Both the position numbers and the translations under genes were made by a program. From assembly GCA_934148535.1 (NCBI GenBank), contig CAKPDF010000001.1, forward strand, positions 27,025 to 91,024: a DNA stretch of 64,000 nt, in the 5' to 3' direction. Below the pieces are notes generated by a model. That model saw nothing but the letters and a program-made list of their open reading frames with translations. It was not told where the DNA came from and searched no databases. Position 1 is the stretch's first letter. The number at the start of each line of letters is the position of its first letter. Shown piece after piece: positions 9,517 through 20,065 of the stretch. This DNA is from an uncultured Bacilli bacterium. GTDB taxonomy: Bacteria > Bacillota_I > Bacilli_A > RF39 > UBA660.

Positions 9517-10845
9517 ATGGATAACAATACAGAAAAAAAAGTTATAAATCCAATGGAAGCAATAAATAACAACAAACAAAGTCCTAACGATCAAAATCTA
9601 CAGCAAGAAAACATAGATACCACAAATTTCAATGCTCTTGCTAAAGAAAAAAATGATTATAACTTTGAAACAACCCCAATAGTGGATATAGTAAACGATA
9701 TATTAATAACTGCTACTAAAAAGGGAGCTAGTGATATACACTTTGATCCCGCTATTGATTGTTTAAAAGTAAGACTTAGGATAGATGGAATATTAAATAC
9801 ATATTTAAAAATTCCAAATGATGTTAAGCAAAATTTAACTGCTAGAATAAAGATTTTAGCAGGAATGAATATAACGGAAACAAGATTACCACAAGATGGT
9901 GCTATAAAAACTACTATAGATGGATTAAAGTTAGATATGCGTGTATCTACTCTACCTACTAAAAAAGGTGAAAAAATAGTTATAAGAATTATGGACTACT
10001 CTATGAGTTTACAAGGTATTGAAACATTATGTTTTAGTACTTCAAATTATAAAAAAGTATTAAAAATGATTAGTGTTCCCAACGGTATTGTTTTGGTAAC
10101 AGGCGCTACTGGTAGTGGTAAATCAACTACAGTTTATTCAATACTTCAGAGATTAAATACAGAAGAGACTAATATAATAACAGTAGAAGATCCAGTTGAA
10201 ATGGAAATGGAAGGCATTAATCAAATCCAAGTTAATAGTGAAATAGGGTTGGACTTTGCTACTGTATTAAGAAGTATTTTAAGGCAAGACCCTAATATTA
10301 TAATGATAGGCGAAATTCGTGATAGTGAAACAGCTAGAATAGCTGTAAGAGCCTCTATTACAGGTCACTTAGTATTATCTACAATACACACTAACAATTC
10401 TTTAAGTACAATAGAAAGATTATTAGATATGGATGTAGAAAGATATTTATTAGCAAGTGCTTTAGAGGGGATAATATCTCAAAAACTAGCAAGGAAATTA
10501 TGCGATAAATGTAGGAAATTAAGGCCTACTACTCAATTTGAAAAGCAATTATTTAAAATAGTATTAGGATTAGATGTTAATCAAATATATGATGCTGTTG
10601 GTTGTGAACATTGTATTGATGGATATCATGGTCGTGTTGCTATTCAAGAAGTATTATCAATTAATCAAGAAGTAAGAGATGCTATAAGTAATAATTTAAG
10701 GAAAGATGCTTTGAGAAAATTAGTATATACTAAGGATACTACAACAATGTTACAAGATGGATTATATAAAGTTTTAGCAGGATTTACAACAATGACAGAA
10801 TTATTAAAATTAGTTGAAATAGATGATTTAAATATACAAAAATAG
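9517..10845 (+). CDS. GspE/PilB/ComGA-family type IV pilus/T2SS assembly ATPase
   Basis: Walker A GATGSGKSTT, the GEIRD box, His box LVLSTIHTNN, and tetracysteine CDKC...CEHC. It has no long N-terminal GSPII_E_N domain, so it is ComGA-like in size. Confidence 0.85.
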   Translation: MDNNTEKKVINPMEAINNNKQSPNDQNLQQENIDTTNFNALAKEKNDYNFETTPIVDIVNDILITATKKGASDIHFDPAIDCLKVRLRIDGILNTYLKIPNDVKQNLTARIKILAGMNITETRLPQDGAIKTTIDGLKLDMRVSTLPTKKGEKIVIRIMDYSMSLQGIETLCFSTSNYKKVLKMISVPNGIVLVTGATGSGKSTTVYSILQRLNTEETNIITVEDPVEMEMEGINQIQVNSEIGLDFATVLRSILRQDPNIIMIGEIRDSETARIAVRASITGHLVLSTIHTNNSLSTIERLLDMDVERYLLASALEGIISQKLARKLCDKCRKLRPTTQFEKQLFKIVLGLDVNQIYDAVGCEHCIDGYHGRVAIQEVLSINQEVRDAISNNLRKDALRKLVYTKDTTTMLQDGLYKVLAGFTTMTELLKLVEIDDLNIQK

Positions 10846-10868
10846 ACTTAAGAAAAATCTTAAGTCTT

Positions 10869-12530
10869 TTAAATTTCTTGAATCACGGTAATAATCATTG
10901 GTTTGCAACCAGTTTGACTAACTAAATATTTACTTAATTCATCTCTAATAGTATTTTTAATTTTATTATATTCAATATAATTATTATGAGTATTATTCTT
11001 AATAATATTTAAACAAATATTTTTCATCTCATCTATTAGTAAAGTACTATCTTTTACATAAACAAATCCTCTTGTCAATATTTCAGGACCTGCTAAAATT
11101 TCTTTACTTTTTTTATTTATAGTAGCAGATATTATAACGATGCCATTATCGGAAAGCATTTCTCTATCTTTTAATACTACTTCTCCAACATCATCACTAG
11201 AATTTCCATCAATAGAAACAAAACCACAAGGAACTTTTTCATAATTTTCTACTAACTTACCATTTACAAATGTAATTGCATCACCATTTTCTTTAAGTAA
11301 TATATTATTATCATTTATACCAACTTTACTAGCAAGTTCTGCATTAGCGACTTGTAATCTATACTCTCCTTTTACTGGAAAATAATATTTAGGTCTCATT
11401 AAATCTATCATCATCATTAAATCTTCACTAGAAGCATGATGTGATAAGTATTTAGATGGAGGCAAACTAACAACATCTACTCCTTGTTTAGAAATATCAT
11501 CAAGTAATTTGTAATAAGTCTTTTCTCTACCTTCATAAACTGGAGTCGCTAAAAATACAGTATCATCTTCTTTTAATTTAATAAACTTATCATATCCAGA
11601 TACAATTTTCATAATATTAGAATATGGTTTTTCTCTTTCATTAGAATTAATAATTACTACATCTTTATCATTAATATTAGATAAATCACCTATAAACTTC
11701 TTATCAATATGTAAATATTTATTCTCCATAGCATCATTAATTATATTTTGTAATCTCTTACCCATGATAACTATTTTCTTATTAGTCTTTGATACTTCAT
11801 TAAATAATTCTTGTATTCTATATAAATGTGAATTCAATACATTAAAAATAATTCTTCCTTGAGCGTGTCCAAAAGTTTCTCTAATCAAATTAGAAATGCG
11901 ATGATTAGGTGCTGTATGACCACGTTTATCCGCATAAACAGATTCAGTCATTAAACATAATACTCCTTGCTTTCCAATATATGCAAGTTTACCAATATCA
12001 GTTTGATAATGTCCTCTCATCATTGCATCAAATACAAAATCAGATGCAAAGAAAATAACACCATCTTTAGTATATATAGCATAACCAAAATTATCTGGTA
12101 TTGAATGTGATAAATTTACTGGAAACACACTAATATTGCCCAAGTTTATAGTCTTATAAGCAGAAATTTCAACCAAGTTATCAGTATTTAATTTAGATGT
12201 TTCAAATTCCTTCCTAACTATATCCATAGTAAACTTAGAGGCATAAATATTAATCCCCTCTAAATCTTTAACTATATCAGATAATGCTCCAATATTTTCA
12301 TCATGCCCATGTGTTAAAAATATTCCTTTTATTCTTTTCTTATTTTCTTTTAAATATTCTATATTTGGAATTAAATAATCAATACCAAGCATTGTTTCAT
12401 CCGCATATCTAAGCCCAGCATCAATTACTAGAATATCTTTATCGACTTCAACGACATACATATTCTTTCCATTTTCATTAAGCCCTCCAAGGGCAAAAAT
12501 CTTAATTTTACTCATAAATTCTCCTTTCAT
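10869..12530 (-). CDS. rnj: ribonuclease J
   Basis: Metallo-beta-lactamase HxHxDH motif (LTHGHDEN) and RNase J architecture of ~550 aa. The true start may be the MSKIKIF Met 6 codons in. Confidence 0.9.
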   Translation of the reverse strand: MKGEFMSKIKIFALGGLNENGKNMYVVEVDKDILVIDAGLRYADETMLGIDYLIPNIEYLKENKKRIKGIFLTHGHDENIGALSDIVKDLEGINIYASKFTMDIVRKEFETSKLNTDNLVEISAYKTINLGNISVFPVNLSHSIPDNFGYAIYTKDGVIFFASDFVFDAMMRGHYQTDIGKLAYIGKQGVLCLMTESVYADKRGHTAPNHRISNLIRETFGHAQGRIIFNVLNSHLYRIQELFNEVSKTNKKIVIMGKRLQNIINDAMENKYLHIDKKFIGDLSNINDKDVVIINSNEREKPYSNIMKIVSGYDKFIKLKEDDTVFLATPVYEGREKTYYKLLDDISKQGVDVVSLPPSKYLSHHASSEDLMMMIDLMRPKYYFPVKGEYRLQVANAELASKVGINDNNILLKENGDAITFVNGKLVENYEKVPCGFVSIDGNSSDDVGEVVLKDREMLSDNGIVIISATINKKSKEILAGPEILTRGFVYVKDSTLLIDEMKNICLNIIKNNTHNNYIEYNKIKNTIRDELSKYLVSQTGCKPMIITVIQEI

Positions 12531-12593
12531 AATTTTTTATAAAGTATAAAAGACTATATAATTATAGCAAATAACCAAATAAAAAGCAAGTAT

Positions 12594-13199
12594 TTACTTG
12601 CTGTTAAGTTTTAGCATTAAAGGTTTAGTCGATATATCTTTTCTTTGGAAATTTTCTAAAAACATAAAATAATCTTTCAAAGTTCGATGATAAACTACAT
12701 CATCATTAAATACAGGAAATAATTTCATATTTTTCTTTCTAAATAATAAAAATATATCTTCATTACTTAAATTTACTAAATCTGATGAATATATAATTTT
12801 ATTTTTTTCAAATACTTCTAAAGTATCATAATCAATATTATTTAATGAATATATACTATCAGTACCATACTCTCTTATTTTATTTTGTCTTCTAATATAA
12901 TCATAGATTTTTTTCATAGATTGAATATAGATTACTTTTACTTTACTTTCATTACAACCTATAGCAATACTAATTTCAGAAGTGGTAGATCCTATGGCAC
13001 TTTCATATATTCCATAATAACATCTAATTATGTAAGTTTCTAATTCACTTAATAAGAATACTTCTCTTACTACCAAATTACATATTTCATTTAACATTTT
13101 TCTTTTAGTAAATTCATCAATACAAATACCAAACTTTATTTCTAAATCATCAAATAATTTATAAATATTTTTAAATAATTTATTACTACTAAATCGCAT
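12594..13199 (-). CDS. hypothetical protein with a sigma-70 region-4-like HTH
   Basis: The segment TSEISIAIGCNESKVKVIYIQSMKKI resembles a region 4 helix-turn-helix. Otherwise unassignable. Confidence 0.3.
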   Translation of the reverse strand: MRFSSNKLFKNIYKLFDDLEIKFGICIDEFTKRKMLNEICNLVVREVFLLSELETYIIRCYYGIYESAIGSTTSEISIAIGCNESKVKVIYIQSMKKIYDYIRRQNKIREYGTDSIYSLNNIDYDTLEVFEKNKIIYSSDLVNLSNEDIFLLFRKKNMKLFPVFNDDVVYHRTLKDYFMFLENFQRKDISTKPLMLKLNSK

Positions 13200-13252
13200 A
13201 CTAATACCACCAAACTAGTAATTAATATAACATATAGAAAAATACAAGTCAA

Positions 13253-13423
13253 TTATTTATATATAATTAAGCAAGAAAAACAGTATATTTGTTCTTCACT
13301 ATAAACGCTATTAGAGACACTAAATTTAATATCAATAATCTCAGGATCATTTTTACTTATAAAATCATTAATATCACTTTCTAAATCTTTTTCATCAGAT
13401 TCATCAAATAATTTAACTTTCAT
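13253..13423 (-). CDS. Cse60-family (YteV-like) small protein
   Basis: MKVKLFDESDEKDLESDINDFISKNDPEIIDIKF...EQIYCFSCLIIYK resembles B. subtilis Cse60 (KLFD.E.EEDLE..N.FL....IIDIKY....EYCFS..IY). Start moved to the internal Met. Confidence 0.45.
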   Translation of the reverse strand: MKVKLFDESDEKDLESDINDFISKNDPEIIDIKFSVSNSVYSEEQIYCFSCLIIYK

Positions 13424-13459
13424 ACTATCACCATAATTAATATAAAACAAAAAAGATAT

Positions 13460-13939
13460 TTATTTTGTCGTTTTATAATAAATATCCTTTACTTCACCAT
13501 CTTCAGTTTTATATTCAATCCATATCTTTAATTCTAAATCAAGTTTCTTAATATCTTTAGTTGTATCAATATAACCAACTAAAGTGATATTAGAAGTATC
13601 AGAAACAGTAAGACTTCTACCTTTGTCAAATACTCCTATAGTAGGAAAAACTTCTTCTGTAAAATAATTATGCACAATCATCATTTTTATATTATTCATA
13701 TTTTCCTTAGGATTTGAAATAACAGTGGTATAACTTACAGATTCATCATTAACTCTATCTATAGATATAGTAATATCGCATGGCAAATCATCATTTTCTG
13801 AAAATTCAGTTCTATCAACTAAATCACTTTTATATGCTAAATATTCACTTTTTTCTTCTTGATCTGTTGTTTCCTGCTTACAACCGGTCATAAAAATAAA
13901 TATAAGTAATATAGTAATTATTTTTTTCAACATACCCAC
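13460..13939 (-). CDS. lipoprotein, hypothetical
   Basis: Signal peptide with lipobox IFMTGC. No other motif. Confidence 0.4.
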   Translation of the reverse strand: MGMLKKIITILLIFIFMTGCKQETTDQEEKSEYLAYKSDLVDRTEFSENDDLPCDITISIDRVNDESVSYTTVISNPKENMNNIKMMIVHNYFTEEVFPTIGVFDKGRSLTVSDTSNITLVGYIDTTKDIKKLDLELKIWIEYKTEDGEVKDIYYKTTK

Positions 13940-15163
13940 CTACTTAACTTGTTCCTCTATTCTTGTTAATCTATTATACTTACTAAGTCTATCACTTCTA
14001 GACATAGAACCAGTCTTAATTTGACCTAATTCTAGCGCTACTGCAAAATCCGCTATATAATTATCTTCTGTCTCACCACTTCTATGAGAAATAATAGTTT
14101 TATAACCATTATTCTTAGCAAGATTAATTGTATCTATAGTCTCACTAACACTACCAATTTGATTTAATTTTATTAATATTGCATTAGCAATTCTCATATC
14201 AATTCCTTTTTGTAATAATTTAGGATTAGTTACAAATAAATCATCACCTACTAATTGTATTTTATCACCTAACTTATCTGTTAATATTTTCCAACCATCA
14301 TAATCCTCTTCAGCCATACCATCTTCAATTGATATAACTGGATATTTACTAATTAACTCAACATAAAAATCAAGCATTTCTTCTTTAGTCATATCATTAC
14401 CTTCAAAATGATACATATTATCTTTAAAAAATTCCGAAGCTGCTACATCTAAACCAAAGAATATATCTTTACCTAATACATAATTAGTACTATTAATGGC
14501 TTCACTAATTAAGTCTAAAGCTTCATGGGTAGAATTAATATTAGGAGCAAAACCGCCTTCATCTCCCACTCCACAAGCTAGACCACGTTTCTTTAAGATA
14601 TTTTTTAAACTATGAAATACCTCTGCTCCCATTCTTAAATTATCACTATAATTATCCTTAGAAGGTATTATCATAAATTCTTGAATATCTAATCCGTTCT
14701 CAGCATGAGCTCCACCATTTAAAATATTCATCATACATCTAGGTAATAATCTACCATTACCAATATATTCGTATAGTTCTTTATTAGAGTACATTGCAGC
14801 TGCTTTTAAACACGCTAGGGAAACACCTAATATAGCATTAGCACCTAAATTACTTTTATCTTCTGTTCCATCTAACTCTAATAACTTATTATCAATTTCT
14901 CTTTGATTTAATGAATCCATCCCAATAATATTATTGCGAATAATATTATTAACATTATTAACAGCTTTTAATACTCCCTTACCATTATATCTTGATGGAT
15001 CACCATCTCTAAGTTCTAATGCTTCATTAACTCCACAAGATGCTCCACTTGGAACAGAAGCTGTAGCCTTTATTCCACTTTCTAATATAACATCTACTTC
15101 AACTGTAGGATTTCCTCTAGAATCTAATATTTCCCTTCCTTTAACATCTTTAATTTTACTCAT
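13940..15163 (-). CDS. eno: enolase (phosphopyruvate hydratase)
   Basis: [11 protein letters not shown] and SHRSGETED motifs. Start set at the MSKIKDV Met. Confidence 0.95.
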   Translation of the reverse strand: MSKIKDVKGREILDSRGNPTVEVDVILESGIKATASVPSGASCGVNEALELRDGDPSRYNGKGVLKAVNNVNNIIRNNIIGMDSLNQREIDNKLLELDGTEDKSNLGANAILGVSLACLKAAAMYSNKELYEYIGNGRLLPRCMMNILNGGAHAENGLDIQEFMIIPSKDNYSDNLRMGAEVFHSLKNILKKRGLACGVGDEGGFAPNINSTHEALDLISEAINSTNYVLGKDIFFGLDVAASEFFKDNMYHFEGNDMTKEEMLDFYVELISKYPVISIEDGMAEEDYDGWKILTDKLGDKIQLVGDDLFVTNPKLLQKGIDMRIANAILIKLNQIGSVSETIDTINLAKNNGYKTIISHRSGETEDNYIADFAVALELGQIKTGSMSRSDRLSKYNRLTRIEEQVK

Positions 15164-15899
15164 TCTTATCATCTCCATTATCTTTATTATCTATATTATA
15201 ATTAATACCACCAAATCTTCTATCTCTTTTAGTATATTCTATTAATGCCTTATCAAATTCCTTCTCATCAAAATCAGGAAAATATGTTTTAGGAAAATAA
15301 AATTCTGCATAAGAATTTTGCCATAATAAGAAATTAGATAATCTTAATTCCCCACTAGTTCTTATCATTAAATCGACATCAGGTAAATTTTGATATAAAT
15401 AAGAAGAAAATAATTCTTCATCTATATCATCACTATTAATACCTGCATCAACTATTTTTTTAGCAGCATCTATTATTTCTGCCCTACCACTATAGTTAAG
15501 ACAAATATTTAAAATACCACCAGTATTATTTTTAGTATTCTCCATCATATAATTTCTTCCTTCAATAACCTCTTTACTAAGTGGTTCATCTCTTCCAGAA
15601 AAAACTACTTTAATATTATTTTTATTAAATTCTTTAGTTTTACTTTTAAATAATTTAGTAAAGATATTCATAAGATGTTCTACTTCTTCTTTGCTTCTTT
15701 TAAAATTTTCACAAGAAAAACAATATAAACTAAGTACTTCTACTCCGCAAGATAAAATATACTTACTTAAACTGACCATATTTTTAAATCCTGCATCATG
15801 TCCTTTACTTCTTGGTAAACCTTTTTCCTTAGCCCATCTACCATTACCATCTAATATAATAGCAACATGTCTAGGAATTTTAATATTATTTAAATCCAT
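15156..15899 (-). CDS. uppS: isoprenyl transferase / undecaprenyl diphosphate synthase
   Basis: [26 protein letters not shown]. Start at the MDLNNIKIP Met, which has a GAGAGG RBS. Confidence 0.9.
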   Translation of the reverse strand: MDLNNIKIPRHVAIILDGNGRWAKEKGLPRSKGHDAGFKNMVSLSKYILSCGVEVLSLYCFSCENFKRSKEEVEHLMNIFTKLFKSKTKEFNKNNIKVVFSGRDEPLSKEVIEGRNYMMENTKNNTGGILNICLNYSGRAEIIDAAKKIVDAGINSDDIDEELFSSYLYQNLPDVDLMIRTSGELRLSNFLLWQNSYAEFYFPKTYFPDFDEKEFDKALIEYTKRDRRFGGINYNIDNKDNGDDKNE

Positions 15900-16173
15900 A
15901 ATTACATCCTCTCTATACAAATAAATGATAACATATATAAAAGATTTTATCAAGAAAAAATCTTTTATGTTAACAATAGTTATTAATGATATACTCTAAA
16001 AATTTGACAATATTAATATAATTGCAAATTATCTATTTACAAAAAAATGATACAATGTACTTAAGTCATTATATCATATAGATAAAACTTTAATTATTTT
16101 TCACAAATTAAAATTTTTGTTACTTTTCATTGTGATTAAATCCATAATATATATTTAAAATTGTAATACGATT

Positions 16174-17226
16174 TTATTTACTATGTTTATTAAAATTATA
16201 TTTTTGTTTAAAATTAATTTTAGTTATTATTTTTGATATTAAAAATAAAAATAATATGTTTATTAATAAATATGTGGTTACATATATTAATATATTTAAT
16301 ATTTTTTGAAAATTTCCTATTAAGTTTAGGTTAAATATTTTTTTTAAAATATTTATATTTGTTAATTCAAAATATATTTTTATTATTAATATTGCTACTA
16401 CTGGTAATAGTACATTTATTATTTGTTTTTGCTTATGACTAATTGAAATCAATAAAATTGACATTAATAAAATTATTAACAAAATTATAATAATATTATA
16501 TTTATTATCGTATGAAAAATATTTTAGTATTTCTGGGATTATTATACTAGTTAAATATATTGAGGATAATGTTATCTTTTTTTGAATATTTTTAGTTTTT
16601 ACTATTATTAATGATATAAATATTAATAACAATATATTTACATAATTAAAACTCTGTTCTATTCCTAATAGCATTGCAGTTGTGGATACATCTATATCTT
16701 TGCTATTTATTACATTCATAATTTTAAAGTTAGTATTTTTTTGTTGATATTCTTCTAAGGTTGGGATTTTTTTGTTTACATCTTCTAATACTTCTTTATT
16801 ACCATTTAGTATATTATCTTTTTGATATTCATTATAATATTTTTTATAATAATTTAATGTTACTACTATTTTGGGTAGAGTTTTTTCTTGCGAGTATCCT
16901 GTGTATACTTCACTTCCTATTATTGTTATTGGTACTGCATTCATTGTTATTTTATATTTATTTTTTATTTCTGTAATTATTTCTTCATTTTTTTCATCTG
17001 ATATTTCATATTTATAAACTTTTATATTTTTATATTGTTTTTCTAATTTCTTTAAATCTTTGATTTCTTCTTTACAATGTGGGCAAGTGTTTGAATGAAT
17101 TAAATAAATATTTATTTGATTATTTTTATAATCTTCTGCGTAAACTTTTGGTACTACTGATAAAAGGAATATTAATAATATTATTTTTAAAATATTATTT
17201 ACTTTAATGTCAATTTTTTGTAACAT
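16174..17226 (-). CDS. secreted thioredoxin-fold (CxxC) protein anchored by a C-terminal multi-TM domain
   Basis: Signal peptide, then a thioredoxin-like domain with the CPHC motif (SNTCPHCKEE), then several hydrophobic helices that contain no cysteines. Confidence 0.5.
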   Translation of the reverse strand: MLQKIDIKVNNILKIILLIFLLSVVPKVYAEDYKNNQINIYLIHSNTCPHCKEEIKDLKKLEKQYKNIKVYKYEISDEKNEEIITEIKNKYKITMNAVPITIIGSEVYTGYSQEKTLPKIVVTLNYYKKYYNEYQKDNILNGNKEVLEDVNKKIPTLEEYQQKNTNFKIMNVINSKDIDVSTTAMLLGIEQSFNYVNILLLIFISLIIVKTKNIQKKITLSSIYLTSIIIPEILKYFSYDNKYNIIIILLIILLMSILLISISHKQKQIINVLLPVVAILIIKIYFELTNINILKKIFNLNLIGNFQKILNILIYVTTYLLINILFLFLISKIITKINFKQKYNFNKHSK

Positions 17227-18323
17227 TCGTCGAAAGTTTTTGTAAATTCTTCTATTTCTTTTTCAGTAGTTAAATATGATAGACTTATTCTTAGGCTAGT
17301 GCTAGCATAATCTTTATTTTTAGTGACGCTATAAACTGATTCTGACATTGTATTTGCTTTTGAACAAGCACTTTTGGTTGATATATATATGTTTTTTTCA
17401 TCTAGAGCATGAACAAATGTCTCTGGTTTTATATCTTTAATACTAAAATTTATTACATATGGTATAGATTTTTCTGTGCTATTGATATGAACCTTGGAAT
17501 ACTTTGTTAAATTATCTTTAACAAGATCATTTAGAATTTTTACTTTATTATAGTTTTCTTCTACTTTAGGTATTATTAATTCTAAGGCTTTCATCATTGA
17601 TACGATTAATGGTAACGCTGGGGTTCCACTTCTGTATACTGTTGTACTTTTTCCTCCATGAATTAATGGATCAATTTCAATATTTTCTTTTTTGTATAAT
17701 AAGCCTATTCCTTTAAAGCCATATATTTTATGAGCGGAAATACTTGCTAAGTCTACTTTTGATAGATCAATATTTATTTTTCCTATTGCTTGAGTACAGT
17801 CTACATGTAAGTAACATTTGGGATAGCATTTAACTATATGAGATATTTTTTCTATTGGTTGCTTTATACCTAATTCACTATCTACAGCACAGATACTTAC
17901 TAATAGGGTGTTATCATTTATTAATTGCTTTAAGTGTTCTAGGTCTACTTCACCATTTTCTAAAATATTTACGTAGTCTACTACAAATCCATTTTCGGTT
18001 AGATATTTTACTGTTTCTGTTATTGATGAGTGTTCTAATTTAGTTGTTATTATATGGTTTGCTCTTTTTTTATATTTAAAACATATTCCTTTTAAGGCTT
18101 GGTTATTTGATTCACTTGCACCTGATGTGTATATTATTTCAGTAGGTTTTACTTTTAATAATTTTGCTATTTTATTAGTAGCATATTCTTCTAATTCTTT
18201 AGATTTAATTCCTAGGCTATGTAATGAATTACTATTAGCATAGTATTCTCTTGCAACTTTGTTATATACTTCTATTACTTTTTCATCTGGTTTGGTTGTT
18301 GCTGAATAATCTAAATATATCAT
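17199..18323 (-). CDS. cysteine desulfurase (class V aminotransferase, NifS/IscS-like)
   Basis: PLP-lysine motif SAHKIYGFKGIGLLY and overall NifS-like sequence. ATG at 18323 has a GAGGTGAT RBS. Confidence 0.85.
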   Translation of the reverse strand: MIYLDYSATTKPDEKVIEVYNKVAREYYANSNSLHSLGIKSKELEEYATNKIAKLLKVKPTEIIYTSGASESNNQALKGICFKYKKRANHIITTKLEHSSITETVKYLTENGFVVDYVNILENGEVDLEHLKQLINDNTLLVSICAVDSELGIKQPIEKISHIVKCYPKCYLHVDCTQAIGKINIDLSKVDLASISAHKIYGFKGIGLLYKKENIEIDPLIHGGKSTTVYRSGTPALPLIVSMMKALELIIPKVEENYNKVKILNDLVKDNLTKYSKVHINSTEKSIPYVINFSIKDIKPETFVHALDEKNIYISTKSACSKANTMSESVYSVTKNKDYASTSLRISLSYLTTEKEIEEFTKTFDECYKKLTLK

Positions 18324-18402
18324 AATAAAAATCACCTCGTTCTAGTTATATTTTATCATATTATAGATAAAATTACTAGTTCTAGGTGATTTTATATTTT
18401 TC

Positions 18403-20049
18403 TTAACTTAGAACAATTCTAAATGTAGTATCTGTCTGAGGGTTACCATCATAGTATGAGGTTTTAAATATATTAGCGTCTTTTTCTGTGTTGGTAGCTC
18501 CTGCTGTTATCCATAATTGTTCTGTAGTTATGTCTGTTATTTCTTCTTGATATTGTATCCATCCTAATTGGTTGGTACTATTAAATACATCATAATATTT
18601 TGAATCTATTTCGTCTAAGAAACTTATATTATTTTTATTTGTTAACATTATTAATTCTTGGGCACCACCTGCCATATCATATACTCCATATATATTTCCT
18701 GTAGTTGATCCTACTATAGTTCTGTCAAATTCATCGGTAGGCAAACCATTTTCATCTAATTTTTGACCAATGTATGAATATTCTCCATAGTCTAAGATTT
18801 TATCTGTGTGTCCCATAGATGATCCGGTGTTATAATATGTACTGTTGTTTGCATAAACTTTTCTACAACCATTTTTAGCACCATTGCATATTCCATAAGT
18901 GCTGTTAGTTAGATATGCTACTGCACTCCATTCTGACATTTTTATAGGATGAGAATCTGTTTTTTCGTCTTGGGTATTTGCTGTGCTTTCAAATATTTTT
19001 GAAGTGTCATATGCAATTTGGGGAGTGATATAAGTTAAAGCGCTGAAATTAGGTAATATTGTTGGATTATCTGTTACTCCTGTTGTTTCAAACTTTCCTA
19101 TCCAAAATCCTGTTAATTCTTTGTCGCCTAATTTGAATGATGGATGTGTATAATAGTCATTGTTGTTGCCATCACATTTTTGATCAGTGCAAACTATTGT
19201 TCCTGTACTTTGAGTTCCTTTTTCGAATACTATATTTATTCCATTTTCTATAGCATTATAACTATAATTATTTTCATCATTTGTCTGATTTATATCCCAT
19301 ACTTGATATTTAAATCTTGGTATCCAAACTAAATATGCTGTTATATCTTCTGAATTGACTATATCTCCGTTTTCTAGTTGTTGATTTTTTTCTAGACTGT
19401 CTTTAGTTACTAGAGCAACATTAGCCCATTTTTTATTTTCATAATTGTACCATTCATAGTTATCGTTTGTGTTTGTTTTATCGGCTTTATGCCAATAGTT
19501 ATCGTTTTCATCAAAATATATTGGTATCATTGTAGATAATAGTTTTGGTACATTGGCACCGCTTGTATCTAGATTTGTGTTTGCTATATTTTTAATATTT
19601 AATGTTTTGGTTATTATTTTTTTGCCTTCTGGTATTATTAGAGCTCCACCATTTATGTATCCGGTTATTACAGATAGGTTTACCGTTATAGTATTATCTG
19701 TATCATTATTTATTATTATTGATACTATTTTATTAGTTTTACCTTCTATTGTATCTTCTGCTTTATTTTGGCTTGTATCAGAGATACCTATATTTAATTC
19801 TGTTTCTGTACTATAAGCAATTGCATAATTTAATGGCTTTTCATATGGATTATTTACATTTATATCTATTGTTTTTGTTTCTTTTGAGGATATTTTTATT
19901 TCTTGTGATTTAGTACTATCTAATATAAAATTGTAGTCTGCTTGATTATCATTGTTGCCATTATCTATTAGAGCAAATGTTGTATATAAACTTGCTACTA
20001 CTACCATTATAATCAATAGCATTAATAGCATTATTCTGTTTTTTTTCAT
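18403..20049 (-). CDS. secreted protein with a SipW-cognate-like signal peptide, a TasA/camelysin-like N-domain and a C-terminal FGE/SUMF1-like domain
   Basis: N-terminus MKKNRIMLLMLLIIMVVVASLYTTFALIDN (compare GGTFAFFSD / GGTWAAFND of SipW substrates). C-terminal motifs GFWIGKFETT, HPIKMSEWSAVAY and GVYDMAGGAQE resemble FGE-sulfatase domain motifs. Several Cys pairs. Confidence 0.5.
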   Translation of the reverse strand: MKKNRIMLLMLLIIMVVVASLYTTFALIDNGNNDNQADYNFILDSTKSQEIKISSKETKTIDINVNNPYEKPLNYAIAYSTETELNIGISDTSQNKAEDTIEGKTNKIVSIIINNDTDNTITVNLSVITGYINGGALIIPEGKKIITKTLNIKNIANTNLDTSGANVPKLLSTMIPIYFDENDNYWHKADKTNTNDNYEWYNYENKKWANVALVTKDSLEKNQQLENGDIVNSEDITAYLVWIPRFKYQVWDINQTNDENNYSYNAIENGINIVFEKGTQSTGTIVCTDQKCDGNNNDYYTHPSFKLGDKELTGFWIGKFETTGVTDNPTILPNFSALTYITPQIAYDTSKIFESTANTQDEKTDSHPIKMSEWSAVAYLTNSTYGICNGAKNGCRKVYANNSTYYNTGSSMGHTDKILDYGEYSYIGQKLDENGLPTDEFDRTIVGSTTGNIYGVYDMAGGAQELIMLTNKNNISFLDEIDSKYYDVFNSTNQLGWIQYQEEITDITTEQLWITAGATNTEKDANIFKTSYYDGNPQTDTTFRIVLS

Positions 20050-20065
20050 GGCTATATCCTCCTTT

